DNA from: Macrostomum lignano
Taxonomy: Eukaryota
NCBI GenBank assembly: GCA_002269645.1
Contig: NIVC01002255.1
Span: forward strand, 62,001 to 126,000
Direction: 5' to 3'
DNA: 64,000 nucleotides
The translations under genes were made by a program, and so were the position numbers. The notes beneath the pieces were generated by a model. The model ran no database searches, was not told the origin of the DNA, and saw nothing but the letters and a program-made list of their open reading frames with translations. This document shows positions 58,564-64,000 of this stretch, piece after piece; the stretch's first letter is position 1; each line of letters opens with the position of its first letter.

Positions 58564-60927
58564 ATGGCGTCGAGGACTTTTGGCCAAATTCCAGAACTTT
58601 CTGCTGAATCAGACCTTGAAATCTACGCTGAGCGCATGAACCAATATTTCATATGCAATAAAGTTGAGACTGCCGAGGCCAAGCGTGTTATCTTTCTTAC
58701 TGCCATTGGTGAGAAATACTACAAATTGCTTCGCGACTTGTGTCAGCCACAGAAACTGACTGAAAAATTCTACGAGAAGCTGCAGGACATACTAAAGAAG
58801 CATCGCTCGCCCGAACTTTCGGAGATCGCCGCTTGTTTCAAATTTCAGCAACGTCTTCAGCAAGATGGTGAATCTTTCGCTAACTTCTTGGCAGGACTGA
58901 AAAACGCTGCAAACCATTGCAAGTTTGGCGAATCCCTTCAGGAGCGACTTCGAGATCAGTTTTTGTTCGGAATGAGAAGCGACACTTTCCGCTCTAAGCT
59001 ACTCGAGAGTTCGGATCATTCGTACGCTGGGCTGATCAAACTGTCCTTGGACCTCGAAGCTGCTCACAAATCGTCAAGCGAGATGGCGCACACTTCAGCA
59101 ACCAATTGAGTCAGCGCGAATCCATCAGTGGCACGCCCGAGAGCACAGTACAACATCAGCCAACACTCTGGTCCCGCTGGATCAGCATCCAAGCCAGGCA
59201 CCTGCGACAGCTGTGGAGATCCACACTCGCGTCAGAACTGTAAATTCCGTAACTCGAAATGCCATGCTTGCGGGAAGGTTGGCCACATTAAAAAGGTTTG
59301 CAGGTCAGCAAAATCTGTGAAACTCCTGGAGGAGAATGAAACCGGGTCTCAGTACGACGAAGAAAACTACGAGGAAGAGCCAATATTACATGTCTCAATG
59401 ACTTCCAAGTCCCCGATTCTGGTGCCTCTGCAAATCGAGGAAGTGCAATCTCATTTTGAGCTGGACACAGGATCTGCTGTAAGTCTCGTTCCTAAGGCAT
59501 TCTATGACAGCCGTCTGTCTCATCTGCGACTGCATCCGTCCAAGACGACTCTGCGAACCTACACGGACCAGAGTTCTCTCCGATTGGATAAGTAACAGTG
59601 AAGGTCACTTACGAAGGGCAGGTAGCTTCTCTGCCGCTACTCGTGGTGTCTGAAGGCAGCGCTCGACTCCTGGGACGCAACTGGCTAACCGTCATCCGCC
59701 TAGACTGGCCTCGCTTGACAGCACCTGTCAACTCGTTGATCGCAGCACCTAACGATATGGCTACTGAGCTGGTCCGTCAGTTTCCGGATGTCCTCGCCGA
59801 GGGTCTCGGTAAGTATCGCCTCAGTGAAGTCGATCTTTATTTACAAGAAAATGCGACGCCAAGGTTTTACAAGGCGCGACCGATTCCCTATGCTCTGCGT
59901 GAGACCGTCGATTTAGAGCTTCAGCGCATGGAATCAGAAGGGGTCATCACTCCAATAGCGACTTTTCGATGGGCTGCCCCGATTGTGCCAGTAGTAAAGA
60001 AGGACGGTTCTGTACGAATCCGCGGAGATTACAAGTTTACATTCAACCAGGTCGCAAAGCAAGAGCACTACCCACTGCCGAGGATCGAAGATTTATTTGC
60101 GAGACTGGGTGGCGGCCACAAATGGAGCAAAATCGACCTGGCAAAAGCATTTCTGCAGCTCCCAATATCAGAAGACAGCAAACAGTACCTCGTTATCAAC
60201 ACTCAACGTGGACTGTTCAAGGTGAACCGCCTGCCATTCGGCATCTGCTCGGCCAGTGCAATTTTTCAACGCATCCTTGACAGTCTACTCGGGCACCTCA
60301 ACGGCGTCCAGGTTTATCAGGACGACATACTGGTTACCGGGTCTTCACTGGCGGCTCACAAAGAAAATCTGCTGCAAGTCCTGCACAAGCTTCAAGATCC
60401 GGACTGCGTCTCAACGTCGCCAAGTGTGCTTTCTTCCAAGACTCCATCGACTATCTGGGCCACCGAATTGACCAACACGGGCTGCGGCCGCTCGAGAGCA
60501 AGGTCGAAGCCGTTCAGAACGCGCCGGCTCCGAAAGACGTGTCTCAGCTGCGATCCTATTTGAGAATGCTGACACATTACGCCAAGTTTCTTCCCAACCT
60601 GGCATCAGTCGTGGCGCCGCTTAATCAGCTCTTGTCGAAGGGCGTCAGCTGGCTTTGGGGCGACCGCGAGAACGAAGCCTTCCAAGCATCGAAGCGAATG
60701 CTGCTCGAATCAAAAGCTCTGATGCACTTTGATCCAAATCTGCCGATTCGTCTCGAGTGTGACGCTTCCGCGTACGGCATTGGCGTGGTTCTCAGTCACC
60801 GGGTGGGCGGTCAGGATCATGCGATCGCATTTGCTAGTAAGTCGCTGACTTCAGCCCAGCGAAACTATTCTCAGCTGGATAAAGAGTCACTAGCAATAAT
60901 CTACGGTGTCCAACGCTTCCAACGGTA
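58564..60927 (+). mobile_element. Mag-like Ty3/Gypsy retrotransposon: gag, two Zn knuckles, protease, RT, RNase H; 3'-truncated with no integrase
   Basis: YAERMNQYF gag; CDSCGDPHSRQNC and CHACGKVGHIKKVC; ELDTGSAVS protease; WAAPIVPVVKKDG, RLPFGICSASAIFQ, YQDDIL RT; CDASAYGIG, YSQLDKESLAI RNase H; stops and frameshifts. Confidence 0.93.
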
Positions 60928-60929
60928 TG

Positions 60930-61150
60930 CAGCTCTCAATGTGTTTTTGTGCAATAATGATGAATTCGCGACCTTCGTTGTCAGTACGCACATCCTTGAT
61001 GATCAAAATAGGGATTGCATTGGCTGAGTAGAGAGGTCTCTGTTCGTCATATTCAATGTCAAACGTTTCAATCCCGTTGAAGCTCGGACCACGCGGTTTG
61101 AGTGCCAGCTGCTCTCGCTTGACGCAGTTGAAGTCTTGCACTGCCTCCAT
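60930..61150 (-). CDS. Unassigned ORF with an upstream TATA box, probably from the second Polinton, truncated at the Gypsy junction
   Basis: Minus-strand GGGTATAAAAG about 60 bp upstream of ccATGG; no family recognised. Confidence 0.35.
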
Positions 61151-61966
61151 GGCTCTTGATTTTAGAAAAAGTTGCAGTTACGGGCGCTTGATGCTCCGGG
61201 CTGGTGCTTTTATACCCGAGAGACTCAATAAGTTTTTTTGTTTTAATTACACGATAACGAGCTTTTTACGGAGTTGTCGTTATCGGGGATTCCGGAAAAA
61301 ATGAACCTTTTGTTCCTATTTTCGGGTGCTGGCGTTGGAGGCGTGTTGAAATCCTTGCTCCAAGTTGTTGGCAGTTCAAGCTTGACGTGTCGTTACCTTG
61401 ATGACGTGTCTGGCTACAAAGTTAGCATTGTGTCTCGACCGGGTTGTTGCGTAACACTGCTGGTAGCTATAGCGGAGCGCGTAGGGCAGAGGGGTGGACA
61501 GCAGCGATTTACAGCGGCTGACTGACTCATGTCTCCTCCGCGGGGCCGCCAATTAATTGCGAGGGGCGACTGAATATGAAGATTTTCTTGGATGGGTGGG
61601 CGCTAATTCTGCGCGTACACCAATTTTGAATATATATGGCCAGTTAATATGGACAGCTAATAATATGGACAGTTATGGGTAGGTGGGCGCGCTAATTCTG
61701 CGTACAACTATGCTGCATTGAAACTTGGGGGCTGGGCGCGTCCGCGCTTCTGCGTACAACAACAGCTACAGTGGAGTAGGCCGAGCGCTAATTATGCGTA
61801 CTATATTGTACTGATCGCTTCTGTACGACACAATGTACAAATGGGAATGTACACTGATTACATGTATAATTAGATTTACATGAGAGTTACATGTATAAAT
61901 ATCTCACATAATGACTTACATGAATCATAATGAAGGTCTGGATCAATTAGAAGAGGTCTAATGCAT

Positions 61967-62275
61967 TTAGATAGGCGTTGAATTTGCATTGGCTCTGACA
62001 CCCACCTTACCTCCAAAATCAACCACTTTCTGCACGATACGTAGTAATCCTTGCTGTAGGTGCACTCCAAGACTGCTCAGCTCAGAATGGGCTGGTTGGA
62101 TAATCCCATAGTGCCACAGAACTCTCCCTGGCTTCACATCAAACAGATTATCCCTGTACTGTATCAGATGCTTTACGAATGTTGTTTTTCCTGCATTCGT
62201 GGGGCCGCACACAATCATGCAGCTTCCTTGCCGCAGGCGGATATCATAACATCTTCTACTCACAGTTGATTCCAT
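61967..62275 (-). pseudogene. Polinton packaging ATPase, copy 2 (N-terminal fragment)
   Basis: YDIRLRQGSCMIVCGPTNAGKTTFVKHLI...FDVKPGRVLWHYG; homology is lost after about 62040. Confidence 0.82.
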
Positions 62276-62341
62276 CTCTAAACCGAGTTAAGTAAAAAAA
62301 TCACGATACTGTTCCTTTCTTAAGCTATCTTCAAACTCCCA

Positions 62342-62660
62342 CTACATTCTGTCATTCAGATGACTTTTTTCCTTTGCATGCAGATGCCACAGAATGCACC
62401 GAAACGACCGCTTGAATCGAAACTTCTGATAGACAAAATAGAGACAAAACAGACCGCAGTTAACAGAGTTGCAGCTCTGAATTCGATTCAAATTACAACG
62501 CATATGAATTGGGGAATTCCAAACTTCTTTGAGGGTTGTATGTATTACCCCTAAAGTCTTTAGATCCCAGCCGAGAGAATTAAAAAGTTCGATTGAGTTT
62601 CCTTCACTAACATAGCAAACTACCCAGTGACCGAAGGACACGTTATGTTGTAGCAAGAAG
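62342..62660 (-). pseudogene. Polinton adenain-like cysteine protease, copy 2 (N-terminus missing)
   Basis: GHWVVCY...LFNSLG...NLNRIQSCNSVNCGLFCLYF, in the H-(D/N)-Q-C order of adenain-type proteases. Confidence 0.82.
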
Positions 62661-62689
62661 AAAATAAAGTGAATTTACTTCTATATGCA

Positions 62690-63140
62690 TCATCTTTCAG
62701 ATTTGCGAACATGCAGAACGCATTGGGAAATTTCCATGCGCTAGTCTGTGGTGTTTTCAGCCGGGGTTCTGATGGAAAATGCAGCATCGCTCGGTAGCGA
62801 CTTGACATGTAGGTGCAGATTGTTCAACAGAAACACTGGGCACTGAAAGATGTCGCTGAGCAGCGGACCCGCATACTCCACCCATCGGGACTCCCTGTGG
62901 CTCTCCAGGTGCGACTCAGCAGCTGAGTCGGGTTGCAGGAATCCCGCAGGGTAGAACTTTAGGTGCTGTGCATCGGATGAACTCATCAGAGCTTTGAAGT
63001 CGGCATGGTAGGGATACCGTAGAGTTGGTCTCCCCCAGACACAACTCGCTGGTTGATGCTGACGATGCTGATGCTGGCCGAAGATAGCACAAAGTTTTCG
63101 GGGTATACATCACTGTCTCTGCGTTCGGTAACAACTCCAT
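62690..63140 (-). pseudogene. Polinton major capsid protein, copy 2 (N-terminal third, frameshifted)
   Basis: Joined frames: SIVSINQRVVSGGDQLY / PYHADFKALMSSSDAQHLKFYPAGF ... VEYAGPLLSDIFQCPVFLLNNLHLHVKSLPSDAAFSI ... VLHVRK, collinear with the MCP copy 1 motifs. Confidence 0.68.
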
Positions 63141-63144
63141 CATC

Positions 63145-63850
63145 GTCTCGAACATCCTCTCTCAACTCCATCACCATCTCGAACATCCTCTCTCAACTCC
63201 ATCACCATCTCGAACATACCCTCTCAACTCCATCATCATCTCGAACATCCTCTCTCAACTCCATTATCATCTCGAACATCCTCTCTCAACTCCATCACCA
63301 TCTCGAACATCCTCTCTCAACTCCATTATCATCTCGAACATCCTCTCTCAACTCAATCACCATCTCGAACATCCTCTCTCAACTCCATCACCATCTCGAA
63401 CATCCTCTCTCAACTCAATCAACATCTCGAACATCCTCTCTCAACTCAATCACCATCTCGAACATACTCTCTCAACTCCATCATCATCTCGAACATCCTC
63501 TCTCAACTCCATTATCATCTCGAACATCCTCTCTCAACTCCATCACCATCTCGAACATCCTCTCTCAACTCCATTATCATCTCGAACATCCTCTCTCAAC
63601 TCAATCACCATCTCGAACATCCTCTCTCAACTCCATCACCATCTCGAACATCCTCTCTCAACTCAATCACCATCTCGAACATCCTCTCTCAACTCCATCA
63701 TCATCTCGAACATCCTCTCTCAACTCAATCACCATCTCGAACATCCTCTCTCAACTCAATCACCATCTCGAACATCCTCTCTCAACTCCATCATCATCTC
63801 GAACATCCTCTCTCAACTCCATCATCATCTCGAACATCCTCTCTCAACAA
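63145..63850. repeat. 31-bp minisatellite interrupting MCP copy 2
   Basis: Unit catcaccatctcgaacatcctctctcaactc. Confidence 0.95.
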
Positions 63851-64000
63851 ACCTCCACCCCCGTCGGACAAGGCGACAGCGAATGTATAGAAAAGAGTTA
63901 AGCAGATCAGTGTATTCGTCAGCTGATGGATGGCAGTCAAATTCAATGGGAGAGTTTGCAGCAATGGAGTTCACAGGGTGGATATCAACATATGAGGACT

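Overview
Eukaryotic (metazoan) genomic DNA with spliced GT-AG genes, GC-rich exons and a very high load of mini/microsatellites. The style fits a free-living flatworm such as Macrostomum, but that is an inference and not proven by the sequence. Host genes reconstructed by hand: cathepsin B (5' part, minus strand); four paralogous secreted double-WSC-domain genes (two plus, two minus, convergent); a secreted PAN/Apple + F-type lectin gene; an IA-2/PTPRN-type pseudophosphatase of about 17 exons (minus); and NDUFS4 (plus, head-to-head with PTPRN). Mobile DNA: a degraded RTE-type LINE inside a WSC intron, a tRNA-derived SINE family, several MITE/foldback elements, a 3'-truncated Mag-like Gypsy LTR element, and two divergent, decayed Polinton/Maverick (adintovirus-like) capsid modules (MCP-protease-ATPase) in tandem at 54-63 kb. 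Most long ORFs in the ORF track are artefacts of tandem repeats. No CRISPR array, rRNA or intact tRNA is supported.
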